Positions 52,788 through 62,611 of a DNA stretch of 64,000 bases are shown piece by piece. The translations under genes and the position numbers were made by a program. Within the stretch, counting starts at the first letter, position 1; each line of letters starts with the position of its first letter. Under the pieces are notes generated by a model. That model searched no databases. It was not told the origin of the DNA and saw only the letters and a program-made list of their open reading frames with translations. Source of the DNA: an uncultured Pseudomonadales bacterium (GTDB lineage Bacteria > Patescibacteriota > Microgenomatia > UBA1400 > PJMF01); assembly GCA_964412775.1 (NCBI GenBank), contig CAYPPX010000001.1, positions 1,122 through 65,121 on the forward strand. Reading direction: 5' to 3'.

Positions 52788-53126
52788 TTAGATTCTAATG
52801 TCTGCTCCGGTGACAAGCTTAATTGCTTGAACAGCCCAGTAGGCAGCAAACATCACTGAAAAACCAATCACTGCATTTTTGAAGATAGTTAAAGCTTGGT
52901 CTTTACCTTTGGCAGTATCAGAAATGTAGTAGTAACCAGCCATAATAATCATCACAAAAATAATAATTCCACTAACCATAAACATGTTTGGTACGATTAA
53001 ATTAACCAAGTCAGCTGGGGTTTTATAAACATCTTTAACAGCTCGACCATCACCCAAAGTTAGGGTAGAGCCCAAATCAACTCCTCCAGCACCAATATTT
53101 TGAGCAGCAAGTAAAGTATTTAGCAT
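52788..53126 (-). CDS. Pilin-like protein paralog (most divergent; loop SDTAKGKDQALTIFKNAVIG)
   Basis: Same two-helix layout with a KGK-containing loop; first gene of the array. Confidence 0.45.
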   Translation of the reverse strand: MLNTLLAAQNIGAGGVDLGSTLTLGDGRAVKDVYKTPADLVNLIVPNMFMVSGIIIFVMIIMAGYYYISDTAKGKDQALTIFKNAVIGFSVMFAAYWAVQAIKLVTGADIRI

Positions 53127-53150
53127 CTGATGCTATTATATCAGTAAATT

Positions 53151-53714
53151 ATGTTGAGAAGAGGAGTTTTTTCTTTAGCTAAAGAAGATCTACTAATTAA
53201 TGAGTTAAAAACCGGTAATAAACAAGCGGTTAGATATTGGTATAAACTGTTTTTTCCAGTTTTGTTAAGGCTTGCTTTACAAAAAGTTGCTAATAAAAAA
53301 GATGCTGAAGAGTTGGTTCAAGAAACATTTATTAATTCTCTAAAACAGATTCAGTTGTTTCAACAAAAATCAAAGTTGAAAACTTGGATGGTGAGTATTT
53401 TGTACCATGAAATTGCTGACTATTACCGCAAGAGATACGCCAAAAAAGCCCTAAAGATAGTGCCACTTTTAGATGAAATTTTGCAAAAACCACTTCTTAG
53501 CTCTGATGAACTCAACCAAAAAGTAGAGACCGTTTTGGCTGAAATGAAAAAAGATTCAAGAGATTTATTATTGTTGAAGTATTTTGATAAGAAAAAAGTG
53601 AAAGAAATTGCTAAAAAACTAAAAAAAACTGTTAAGGCAGTTGAGGCAGATTTATTCAAAGCTAGAAGAGAATTTAAAGATATTTATTTAGCTAAGGGCT
53701 ACTTAAACAGATGA
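53151..53714 (+). CDS. ECF-type RNA polymerase sigma-70 family factor
   Basis: Region 2 (LVQETFINSLKQIQLFQQKSKLKTWMVSILYHEIADYYRKR) and region 4 HTH (IAKKLKKTVKAVEADLFKARREFK); divergent from the pilin array. Confidence 0.65.
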   Translation: MLRRGVFSLAKEDLLINELKTGNKQAVRYWYKLFFPVLLRLALQKVANKKDAEELVQETFINSLKQIQLFQQKSKLKTWMVSILYHEIADYYRKRYAKKALKIVPLLDEILQKPLLSSDELNQKVETVLAEMKKDSRDLLLLKYFDKKKVKEIAKKLKKTVKAVEADLFKARREFKDIYLAKGYLNR

Positions 53715-53896
53715 AAACAAGCAGATTTCTTCAATTATTAGAGCAAGAAGCGGTTAAACAGGCAGAGCTGGAAAAGACGAGTTTATTACCCAAGAACTTA
53801 AATTTTTTGGCTAGTTTTTTTATTAGGCATATGTGGCAGTCATTAGCTTTAATATCATTTATTTTGGCAGTGATTAAAGTGGTTTATGAAAAGTAA
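53711..53896 (+). CDS. Small single-TM protein coupled to the sigma factor by ATGA overlap; anti-sigma factor candidate
   Basis: Start/stop overlap (ATGA at 53711-53714); C-terminal TM WQSLALISFILAVIKVVY. Confidence 0.25.
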   Translation: MKTSRFLQLLEQEAVKQAELEKTSLLPKNLNFLASFFIRHMWQSLALISFILAVIKVVYEK

Positions 53897-54227
53897 TTTA
53901 TTAAAAACAACCCATCTATTTTCGTCATTTGGTTATTCTTTAATAGAAATGACTCAAGGACTTTTTTTTCATCCTTATCAAACCATGCAGTTTCTTTTTA
54001 CTAAAAAAACTTTTAGTTTTTTAGTTTTTATGCCAATGATACTTTTAACTTTAGCTAAACTAGCTTTTGTAGTTTTGGGTAGTTTGCAGTTGTTTCCTGA
54101 ATTAGTAATGGTTAAAAACCTTCTATGGTATTGGGTTAAGTATTTTTGTTTACTTTGGCAGCTGGTTTTGGGCTATTTGTTTATTCGTTTTTGGTATGCT
54201 TGGAGACCAAGATATTCAAAAAACTAA
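53886..54227 (+). CDS. Small polytopic membrane protein, hypothetical
   Basis: ORF with two or three hydrophobic helices; overlaps neighbours by a few nt. Confidence 0.3.
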   Translation: MKSNLLKTTHLFSSFGYSLIEMTQGLFFHPYQTMQFLFTKKTFSFLVFMPMILLTLAKLAFVVLGSLQLFPELVMVKNLLWYWVKYFCLLWQLVLGYLFIRFWYAWRPRYSKN

Positions 54228-54230
54228 ATC

Positions 54231-55280
54231 ATGAAAGTCGTTCACTCAATTCTTCTACAAAACTTTCGAACTTTTAAACAACAACAAGTTGATTTTGCCT
54301 TGCGCACTTTACTAGCTGGAAAAAATGGTGCTGGTAAAACATCAATTATTGAAGGTTTATATTTGCTTTCTCACGGCGAGAGTTTCCGAGCTTCAGTAGT
54401 TGAGGAAATGATTAGTTTTGATCAAGAACTAGCTAGAGTTGGTGGTAAAGTAGACGAGGATATTTTAGAAGTCGCTTTAACAAGAGGTGTTTTGCAAGGA
54501 AAAAAAACTTTAAAAAAACACTATTCACTAAATGGAGCTAAAAAGAGAAAAAAAGATTTTGTTGGTCAGTTTTTTGCTGTCGTTTTTAGGCCAGAAGATA
54601 TGCGTTTGATTGAGGGTTCTCCTGTTAGAAGACGAAGTTTTATTGATAGTGTTTTAAGTATTACTGATCTTGATTATGCTCATTCTTTACATACTTATGA
54701 ACAAGCTTTAAAGAGAATTAATAAACTTTTTGAGGTAGTTCGTGATGGTTCTCAGCCACGATCTGTGTTGAAGTATTGGGAAATGATGTTGATTAAGCAT
54801 GGTGAATATTTACAAGAAAAAAGACAAGCTTTTTTTAGTTTTTTACGAACAGTTGAGTTCCCTTATGATTTTAATGTTAAATATTTAGTTTCCAAAATTA
54901 GTGAAGAAAGTGTTTCTAGTCACAGAGATCGAGCAATTTTGGCTGGTTATCTTTTAACTGGTCCACACAAAGATGACTTTCAAGTGTTATTTGCGAGTGA
55001 AAAACTAAACAATCGAGATGTAGCAGCTTTTGGTTCAAGAGGCCAACAACGACTAGGAGTATTGTGGTTAAAATTGGGTGAGTTGCAATATGTGGAACAG
55101 TTACGGGAACAAAAACCGTTGTTTTTATTAGATGATATTTTTTCCGAACTAGATGAAGAAGCACAGCTAATGATTTTGGAGTTAATTAATAAATACCAGA
55201 CAATAGTTACGACTGCTCATGAAGAAACAGTCGCATTTCTCAAAGCAAAAGTCTTAGATTTAAAAACCGTTGAGTTTTAG
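54231..55280 (+). CDS. recF: DNA replication and repair protein RecF
   Basis: Walker A LLAGKNGAGKTSIIEG, SMC-like signature region, Walker B LFLLDDIFSELD. Confidence 0.85.
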   Translation: MKVVHSILLQNFRTFKQQQVDFALRTLLAGKNGAGKTSIIEGLYLLSHGESFRASVVEEMISFDQELARVGGKVDEDILEVALTRGVLQGKKTLKKHYSLNGAKKRKKDFVGQFFAVVFRPEDMRLIEGSPVRRRSFIDSVLSITDLDYAHSLHTYEQALKRINKLFEVVRDGSQPRSVLKYWEMMLIKHGEYLQEKRQAFFSFLRTVEFPYDFNVKYLVSKISEESVSSHRDRAILAGYLLTGPHKDDFQVLFASEKLNNRDVAAFGSRGQQRLGVLWLKLGELQYVEQLREQKPLFLLDDIFSELDEEAQLMILELINKYQTIVTTAHEETVAFLKAKVLDLKTVEF

Positions 55281-55319
55281 AATTTTTTTAAAGTTTTTTA
55301 AATGGCTTACGACTTAAGG

Positions 55320-56111
55320 CTAAAGCTGTTGTTCACTAAGCTGTTTTTGCCATAAAACTTTGGGAATTTCTTCTACTAAGTCTGAAGCATTAAAGTAGGG
55401 GCCAACTTGAGAATAAAGCTGATCACCAGCAGTTTTGCAAGTATAACTGCCAGTAATAGTTGCAGTGAGCACATCATTTTTACAGTAGAGAGCAGCGATT
55501 AGTCCAGCTAATACATCGCCTGTTCCGCCTTTAGTCATACCAGCATTTCCACCGGTAATTTTAATGATTTTATTTTGGTTAATTATTTGATCAGTTTGAC
55601 CTTTAATTAAAGTTACTCCAGGAAATTCTTGTGGATTAAAGTTTTTTGTTTTTAAAACTTCAAGTTCTCGGCTGTGTGGAGTAATAATATGGTGGTGATT
55701 TAGTAGTTTGGGATTAACCATTTGTAAAGCTCCAGCATCAACCACAAATTTTTTTTCTGGATAGTTTTTTAGTAAATTATTAGTTATTTTTTCAGTATTT
55801 TCAGAACGATCCATTCCTGGACCAATTAAAATACAATCGGCTTCAACAATGTACTTAGCAATTTCTTGTCTTTGAATGACAATGCCATTCCAAAAGTTTT
55901 GTTTGGCTTGTTTGATGAGTTCATTGTTTTCTGGTACAGAGGTATAAAAAACCATATCAACGATTTTTGAGGCAATATCTAAACTCCATTTACTGGCGGC
56001 ATGAAATAACTCAGAGCCACCGACTAAGAGTAATTTACCATTTTGCCCTTTATGTGAATTCGGATCAGGCAAAGTTAAGTTTTTAAAAGCTTGTTGAATG
56101 ATTTGGTCCAT
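55320..56111 (-). CDS. ADP-dependent NAD(P)H-hydrate dehydratase (YjeF C-terminal / Nnr-like)
   Basis: GKLLLVGGS, DAGAL and GGNAGMTKGGTGDVLAGLIAAL motifs of the carbohydrate-kinase-like Nnr family. Confidence 0.7.
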   Translation of the reverse strand: MDQIIQQAFKNLTLPDPNSHKGQNGKLLLVGGSELFHAASKWSLDIASKIVDMVFYTSVPENNELIKQAKQNFWNGIVIQRQEIAKYIVEADCILIGPGMDRSENTEKITNNLLKNYPEKKFVVDAGALQMVNPKLLNHHHIITPHSRELEVLKTKNFNPQEFPGVTLIKGQTDQIINQNKIIKITGGNAGMTKGGTGDVLAGLIAALYCKNDVLTATITGSYTCKTAGDQLYSQVGPYFNASDLVEEIPKVLWQKQLSEQQL

Positions 56112-56114
56112 AAA

Positions 56115-56420
56115 TTATTTTTTTTTGGCTTTTTTTAGCAAAGAATCATTAACATCTTCAAGTGTTTTCTGCATTTGAGCGAGTTGCATGGTGACAAAAA
56201 CAGCTAAAACAGTGACAACTAAAGCATAAATAAACAGTGAAATTACACCACTACTGTTACCTAAAAATGGTGAAATATAGGTTTCAACGACAGCTTTAAT
56301 CGCCTCATTCCAGGCTAAAGCTACCACCACTCCGAAACCACTTGTAGCAAGAGTAACTACATTTTTTATTAAAACTAGTGGTACTTCTTTAATATTTTGA
56401 GGTGAATCGATATTAGCCAT
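56115..56420 (-). CDS. Small membrane protein, hypothetical
   Basis: Two hydrophobic helices, Lys-rich C-terminus. Confidence 0.35.
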   Translation of the reverse strand: MANIDSPQNIKEVPLVLIKNVVTLATSGFGVVVALAWNEAIKAVVETYISPFLGNSSGVISLFIYALVVTVLAVFVTMQLAQMQKTLEDVNDSLLKKAKKK

Positions 56421-56572
56421 AATCGCTTATTATACTTGAATTAGCCACAATCATACTCAAACAACTTTTGCCAGTCTTTTTACTAATAAAAACTTACTAA
56501 ACGAAGTTAAAAAAATGAGTTTTTAAATTTTCCTTGCAAATTTTGCAAAAATTCTTTTAAAATAAGATCAAA

Positions 56573-57658
56573 ATGTATCAGCCAAATTTTAATATTACTC
56601 ATAACTTGTTAACTTATATTGCTAGTATTGAGGCTAGCAAAGCTCTGATAGATAGTGCTCCACTGGTACCATCTTGGGAAGCTAAATTTAGAGATGAGGC
56701 TTTAACTAGAACGGTCCACTTTGGAACTAAAATTGAAGGCAATGACCTCAGTGAAGAACAAGCCAAACAAGTGATTCATTTTAATGGTGACTTGAAAAGT
56801 GAAGACTTTGCAGAAAAAACTGGCGTAGTAGCTCGTGAGCGAGATATTCAAGAGGTCATTAATTACAGGAATGTGTTGTTATGGATTGACCAACAAAAAG
56901 CTTTGGATAGAAAACCAGACTTTTCACTTGAGATTCTGCATACTTTACATTCATTAACGATGAGAGGATTAATTGAAGAAGAGGAAATAGGGCAGTTTAG
57001 GAAAAAACAGGTTATTGTCAGAGGTGTGGGTGATGGCAAAGTAGTTTTTAGACCACCAGTTTCTGTGGAAGTGCCATTTTTGGTTGAGGAACTTTTTGCT
57101 TGGTTGGGAAATCCCAATAACCAAATTCACCCGATTTTTAAGGCAGCAATTGTCCATTATCAATTGGTTTATATTCATCCTTATGTTGAGGGAAATGGTC
57201 GAACAGCTCGAGCTTTTGCCACTTTAGTTCTTTACTTGCTTGGTTATGACTTTAAACGATTTTTTTCACTTGAACAGTATTTTGATAGTGATGTTGACCA
57301 ATACTATAAAGCTCTATTATCGGTTCAACAGAGTGCCAGTACCGAAATGACTTTTTGGATGGAGTATTTTTGTTATGGTTTAGCCGTAGAAATTGATAAA
57401 GTTAAACACCAGGTTCAAAAACTTTCCAAAGACCTTAAACTCAAAAAAGAATTGGGGGCTCAAGTAGCTTTATCAGAACGACAGATTATTTTGTTAGAAT
57501 TACTCCAGAACAAGGGTAAAATTACTTCTGATGATGCTCAAGAAGTTTTGCCTAATATTTCGGTTGATACAATTTTACGTGATATTAGAGATTTGATTAA
57601 AAAAGGTGTCGTCAAAAAAGAAGGTGTTACTAAGGGGGTAAACTACTCGTTAGTTTAA
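56573..57658 (+). CDS. Fic/DOC family protein (AMPylase-type fold)
   Basis: Canonical Fic motif HPYVEGNGRTARA (HPFx[D/E]GNGR). Confidence 0.8.
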   Translation: MYQPNFNITHNLLTYIASIEASKALIDSAPLVPSWEAKFRDEALTRTVHFGTKIEGNDLSEEQAKQVIHFNGDLKSEDFAEKTGVVARERDIQEVINYRNVLLWIDQQKALDRKPDFSLEILHTLHSLTMRGLIEEEEIGQFRKKQVIVRGVGDGKVVFRPPVSVEVPFLVEELFAWLGNPNNQIHPIFKAAIVHYQLVYIHPYVEGNGRTARAFATLVLYLLGYDFKRFFSLEQYFDSDVDQYYKALLSVQQSASTEMTFWMEYFCYGLAVEIDKVKHQVQKLSKDLKLKKELGAQVALSERQIILLELLQNKGKITSDDAQEVLPNISVDTILRDIRDLIKKGVVKKEGVTKGVNYSLV

Positions 57659-57716
57659 TTATGGTTTTTCTACCTGACTAGTAACTTTAAATCTAGTAGA
57701 ATCCAGAATTACTGAC

Positions 57717-59549
57717 ATGCTTTTTGCTCAATTTGCTCAACATTTACAAAAAATAGAAACAACCTCATCTCGCTTGGAAATGACTGCTTACTTGGCACAG
57801 TTATTTAAAGAATTGGCAGCTGAAGAAATTCCCATTGCGGTTTATTTATCACTTGGGCAACTAACTCCGGCTTATAAAAACTTGGAGTTTCAGCTTTCTA
57901 CTAAAATGGTTTTGAGGGTATTAGTTCAACAAATGGCCCAAAATACTGATTTATATGGTGACGGTTTACCTGCGGCCAATTTATTTGACGAGGCTGATAT
58001 TTCCATGTATGAAACCAAGGCCAACCAACTTTATAAAAAAAATGGTGATATTGGTAAAACTGCTCAAGAGGTTTTTGCTTTAAGTAAAAATAAAGACTTT
58101 TCTAAAACAATTTTAGCTGTTTACCAGGATTTAATTGAGGTAGCTGAAGACGCTGGGGCTGGTTCTCAAGAAAGAAAAATTAATTTATTGTTGAAGCTTT
58201 TTCAGGGTTTAGACGAAGTTTCAGTCAGATTTGTTAGTCGAATTGTGGTGGGCAAACTACGTTTGGGGTTTTCTACCATGACAATTTTTGATGCTTTGTC
58301 ATGGACTAAACACCAAAACAAAGCCGATGCAGAATTTTTAGAAGAACTCTTTCAAAGAAAAGCCGACTTAGGTTTATTAGCTCAAATGTATCTCCAAGAA
58401 AACGATAAAAAAGTTTTATTAGCAAAATATCATGCTGAGTTTGGGGTGCCGATTGTGCCAGCCTTGTGTCAACGCCTCAATACTGCTCAGGAAATCATTG
58501 AAAAAATGGACAAAGTGATTGTTGAACCAAAGTATGATGGTTTGAGAATTCAGATTCACCTGGATAAAAAAACTGGTGTAGTTAAATCTTTTACTAGAAA
58601 CTTAGAAGAGACTTCTCATATGTTTCTAGAGTTAAAAAAAGCTTTAACTGAAATAAATTGTGACAGTTGTATTTTGGATGGTGAAGTAGTGGGCCTGGAT
58701 AAAAAAACTGGAGCAATTTTACCTTTTCAGGAGACTGCTACTAGAAGAAGGAAACATGGTGTTGCTGCCAAAGCTGCTGAAATTCCAGTTCACTTTTACA
58801 TTTTTGACATTTTATTTCAAAATAACCAGTCGCTATTAGATACTGCTTTGACTACCAGAAAAGCAATCCTTCAGGATATTCTAAATCAAGCTACCACTTT
58901 TACGCCCACTCCATTTGTTGTAACCAACGATGCTCAGGAATTGAGAGAGTTTCATGAAGAACAACTGGCCAATGGTCTTGAAGGGGCAGTGATGAAGAAA
59001 GATGACTCTTTATACAAAAGTGGTCGAAAAGGTTGGCGTTGGGTCAAGATTAAAGAAGCAGAAGGCAGTAAAGGCAAACTCAATGACACTTTGGATTGTG
59101 TAGTGATGGGTTATTATGCTGGTCGTGGTAAAAGAGCCGGTTTTGGGTTGGGGGCGTTTCTAGTTGGGGTGGTGGCAGATAATGGCATGATTGAAACAGT
59201 GGCAAAAATTGGTACCGGCTTATCTGATGATCAATTTAGAGAATTCAAACAAAGAACTGCAAAGTTGGTGGTAGAAAATGATTTCAAAGCAATTGCTGAT
59301 ATAAAGCCGGTTGAGTACCGAGTTCATAAGAATCTCTATCCTGATGTCTGGGTAAGGCCTGGTTTAGTGGTGGAAATTGCGGCTGACGAAATTACCAATT
59401 CTCAGATTCACTCAGCTGGTCAAGATACTGCTAAGAATATACCTGGCAAAGCATTACGTTTTCCTCGTTTAGTTAAATTTAGAGATGACAAGGGAGTTAC
59501 AGAAGCAACTACTGTCAGAGAGCTAGCTTCTATTTCCCATTTAGTTTAA
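57717..59549 (+). CDS. ATP-dependent DNA ligase (archaeal/eukaryotic Lig-type)
   Basis: Adenylation motif I KYDGLR, subsequent nucleotidyltransferase and OB-fold motifs, 610 aa. Confidence 0.8.
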   Translation: MLFAQFAQHLQKIETTSSRLEMTAYLAQLFKELAAEEIPIAVYLSLGQLTPAYKNLEFQLSTKMVLRVLVQQMAQNTDLYGDGLPAANLFDEADISMYETKANQLYKKNGDIGKTAQEVFALSKNKDFSKTILAVYQDLIEVAEDAGAGSQERKINLLLKLFQGLDEVSVRFVSRIVVGKLRLGFSTMTIFDALSWTKHQNKADAEFLEELFQRKADLGLLAQMYLQENDKKVLLAKYHAEFGVPIVPALCQRLNTAQEIIEKMDKVIVEPKYDGLRIQIHLDKKTGVVKSFTRNLEETSHMFLELKKALTEINCDSCILDGEVVGLDKKTGAILPFQETATRRRKHGVAAKAAEIPVHFYIFDILFQNNQSLLDTALTTRKAILQDILNQATTFTPTPFVVTNDAQELREFHEEQLANGLEGAVMKKDDSLYKSGRKGWRWVKIKEAEGSKGKLNDTLDCVVMGYYAGRGKRAGFGLGAFLVGVVADNGMIETVAKIGTGLSDDQFREFKQRTAKLVVENDFKAIADIKPVEYRVHKNLYPDVWVRPGLVVEIAADEITNSQIHSAGQDTAKNIPGKALRFPRLVKFRDDKGVTEATTVRELASISHLV

Positions 59550-60409
59550 AACTCCAATTGCTCTTGAATATTTTTGAGGAGTTTTTTGGCTTTGGTCAGT
59601 TGGTCTTTTGAAGCTTTCTCAATAAAACTTTGGAGGTTTTTTAATGGTGACGGAGAAACTTCATCATAATAACTGCCACCCTTCATAACATAACCATGGT
59701 TGTCTTTTTCAAAGTTTTTACCAAATAATATGTAGTTTACTTGAGCTTTAGCCACGATATTAAACATTTTTAGATTGCCTTCCTTTTTTACTCGACGAAG
59801 AGAAAAAAAGTATTGAGGTTCTCTAAAAATTTTGAATTTATAACCAAGTTTTTCCGCATCTTGAACAAAGAAAGAGTCTTCAAAAATTTGAGCTTTTTCT
59901 CTAAATTTTATTTTTTTAACCACTTCTTTTTTGGCACCAATTAAGGCTCCCAAAGCTCCATCTTTGCCGATTAGAGCATAGACTTCATAACCAAGATTAA
60001 TGGCACTTTCCATGGTTTTATCAAGTGGAGATTCTTTTTCAACTTTGATCCAAGTAGTAAAAACACTGGTACCTGGGTTTTTATCTATTTGGTATTTCAA
60101 GCCTTGTAAAAAGTAAGTTGGCAACCGATTATCAGCATCCATAAAAATTATCCACTCACCTCTAGTTTTAGAGGCTCCTAAGTTTCTTTGAAAAGCAACG
60201 TTTCTAATTTTGGTTTTTTCTGTTTTTAAATAGATTTTTTTACGCCATTCATTGGCTTTTTTAATGGTTTGGTCCTCTGAATTACCATCAACGTGGATTA
60301 CTTCAAAATCTTTGAAAGTTTGGTTGGCTAAGTCTGAGAGTAGATTGGGAAAATATTTCTCTTCATTAAGTGTGGGAGTGACGATCGAAAAAAATGGTTT
60401 TTTGAGCAT
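59546..60409 (-). CDS. Family 2 glycosyltransferase
   Basis: N-terminal FSIVTPTLNEEKYF...HVDGNSEDQT and DAD-like (FMDADN) motif. Confidence 0.75.
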   Translation of the reverse strand: MLKKPFFSIVTPTLNEEKYFPNLLSDLANQTFKDFEVIHVDGNSEDQTIKKANEWRKKIYLKTEKTKIRNVAFQRNLGASKTRGEWIIFMDADNRLPTYFLQGLKYQIDKNPGTSVFTTWIKVEKESPLDKTMESAINLGYEVYALIGKDGALGALIGAKKEVVKKIKFREKAQIFEDSFFVQDAEKLGYKFKIFREPQYFFSLRRVKKEGNLKMFNIVAKAQVNYILFGKNFEKDNHGYVMKGGSYYDEVSPSPLKNLQSFIEKASKDQLTKAKKLLKNIQEQLEF

Positions 60410-60469
60410 AATTTAAACTTTTGTTTTTTAAGTACTCACATTATAAAGGCTGTTGATACAATTAAGTTT

Positions 60470-60985
60470 ATGAAATTAATTGTTGGTTTAGGTAATATCG
60501 GTGCTAACTATGCTAAAACAAGACATAACGTTGGGTTTATGGTAGTTGATGCATTTGCTCACAAATTAGATTTGAGTTTTAATAAAGTGCCCAAGCTTTT
60601 TGCTGAGATGGCCAAAAACCAAGCATACATTTTATTTAAACCCCAAACTTTTATGAATGATTCTGGTAAAGCAGTGAGAGCGGTGTGTGATTATTTTCAA
60701 CTAGATCCAGCTACAGATTTAACAGTAATTCATGATGATTTAGACATTGTTTTGGGTGAAAGCAAATTTCAGCAAGGGACTGGTCCTAAAATTCATAATG
60801 GTTTGGGTTCGATTTATCAGCATCTTGGCACTAAAGATTTTTTGCATGTCAGAGTGGGAATTGATGGCCGAGCTGGTGATCGGAGTATGCCTGGTTCCAG
60901 CTATGTTCTAGCTGCTTTTAATCAAGAAGAGTTATTAAAGTTAAAAACTGTTACTGAGCAAATTGTTGAAAAATTGTTACGATAA
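60470..60985 (+). CDS. pth: Peptidyl-tRNA hydrolase
   Basis: MKLIVGLGNIG..Y..TRHNVGF N-terminal signature. Confidence 0.9.
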   Translation: MKLIVGLGNIGANYAKTRHNVGFMVVDAFAHKLDLSFNKVPKLFAEMAKNQAYILFKPQTFMNDSGKAVRAVCDYFQLDPATDLTVIHDDLDIVLGESKFQQGTGPKIHNGLGSIYQHLGTKDFLHVRVGIDGRAGDRSMPGSSYVLAAFNQEELLKLKTVTEQIVEKLLR

Positions 60986-60998
60986 CTAGGTTAATTTT

Positions 60999-62234
60999 AT
61001 GCCCGGAATTAATCTTAATCATTCTCATCATTTTCAGTTCCCTAGAATCTCGATTGACGACTCTAAAAACATGAAGGTTTTGTTTGCTATTAGAGTTGTT
61101 AGAGAATTAGCGAATAAATTTGCTCTATTCTTTTTGCCAGTTTTTTTGTTTCAACTGGGTCAACAAAACAACTTTTTAGGCGAGACTGGTTTATCCAGTT
61201 TTCAGAGTGGGGTGTTATTGATGTCGCTTTATTTTGCAGCGACGAGAACTGTTGTGGCATTAGTTTTGATTGCTGTGGGTAACTTTATCAAAAAATATGG
61301 TTTTTCGGCTGGTTTTATGTTGTCATTTTTGGCTTATGCAGTTGAATTGATTGCTTTGAGGTTTTCGACCACTGATATTAGTTGGTTATGGTTGGCTATC
61401 CCGGCTGATGGAATGACCACAGCGCTAATGTGGGGTGGGTTTAATACCTTGTTAGCCAAAGGTGCCAGAAGATCTAGAATGGGCAAGGATCTGGGTTTTT
61501 TACAAGTATTACTAAACATCACTTGGTTGGTGGCCCCAACCCTGAGTGGTTTTGTAATTTACATTTTTGGTTACGAAGTTTTATTTAATATTGGGATTGT
61601 AATGGTCGCAGTTGGTTCTTTTTTGTCTTATTTTGTCAATTTTCCTAATGAAAAAGACAATATCTCTCTGAAGGAGTTTTCATTTTGGTTAACTGACTGG
61701 CGTTTTTGGAAACTGAGTATCTCAATTTTTGGTAAAACTATTTATGACATCTCTATTTATGTCTGGCCATTATATGTTTTTTTGATTTTGGGTAATACCG
61801 AAAAAGTAGGAATTGTCTATAGCTTATCTTTTTTGGTTTCAATGATTTTGAGCCTTTTTATTGGTATTAAACTTGATACAGAAATTAAGAAAAAACCATT
61901 TTTTGTCTCTGGTGGGATTCTTTCACTTTTGTGGTATGTGCGTTCACAAATTTTTGGTTTTTGGTCAATTGCTATTACTGATGCGATTGATAAAATTACT
62001 GGAAATTTTCATTGGTTATTTTTTGATCGGGTCATGATGAATCGAGGTAAAGGCCGAGAAGCATTTTCTTATTTTACTTATCGAGAAATTATTATTAGTT
62101 TTGCCTCAGTTGCTTTTTGGTCAATTTTCTTATTAATCTTTTTGCTCTCAAAAATGGAGTGGAATGGTTTATTTTTAGTGGGAGCGATTGGTACTTTGCT
62201 AAGTTTACTGATTAGCAATAAACATGAAGACTAA
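60999..62234 (+). CDS. Polytopic membrane protein, transporter-like (about 10-12 TM), hypothetical
   Basis: Multiple hydrophobic helices throughout; no specific family signature recognised. Confidence 0.4.
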   Translation: MPGINLNHSHHFQFPRISIDDSKNMKVLFAIRVVRELANKFALFFLPVFLFQLGQQNNFLGETGLSSFQSGVLLMSLYFAATRTVVALVLIAVGNFIKKYGFSAGFMLSFLAYAVELIALRFSTTDISWLWLAIPADGMTTALMWGGFNTLLAKGARRSRMGKDLGFLQVLLNITWLVAPTLSGFVIYIFGYEVLFNIGIVMVAVGSFLSYFVNFPNEKDNISLKEFSFWLTDWRFWKLSISIFGKTIYDISIYVWPLYVFLILGNTEKVGIVYSLSFLVSMILSLFIGIKLDTEIKKKPFFVSGGILSLLWYVRSQIFGFWSIAITDAIDKITGNFHWLFFDRVMMNRGKGREAFSYFTYREIIISFASVAFWSIFLLIFLLSKMEWNGLFLVGAIGTLLSLLISNKHED

Positions 62235-62254
62235 GCTGGTAAAATATAGTTTGC

Positions 62255-62611
62255 ATGCAAGACAGTCTTTTTCAAGGGCAAGCACTAGTTAATAAAAAAG
62301 CTGACAAAAAAACTAAAAATAAAGATTTTGAATCAGTTCAAGCTTTGTTTGAAAAATATCAGGTAGAAAGTAAACCTGGTTATATTTCTCAAGAATTTCA
62401 AGATTTTGGTTATAGATTGGCTTTAGAGTTAGATGACCTTGATCGAGTAAGTTTGTATATGAGACTAGCTAAAGTTGAGAATAGGGGTATTTTGGAGCAA
62501 GCTCTTTCATTTGTAAGTGATGCTAACGCCAGAAACAAAGCTAGATTGTTTATGTGGAAAATGAAACAATTGAAAGATAGCAAGGAAGCTAAAACTAATG
62601 ATAAAAAATAA
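62255..62611 (+). CDS. Hypothetical small protein (118 aa)
   Basis: ORF only. Confidence 0.3.
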   Translation: MQDSLFQGQALVNKKADKKTKNKDFESVQALFEKYQVESKPGYISQEFQDFGYRLALELDDLDRVSLYMRLAKVENRGILEQALSFVSDANARNKARLFMWKMKQLKDSKEAKTNDKK

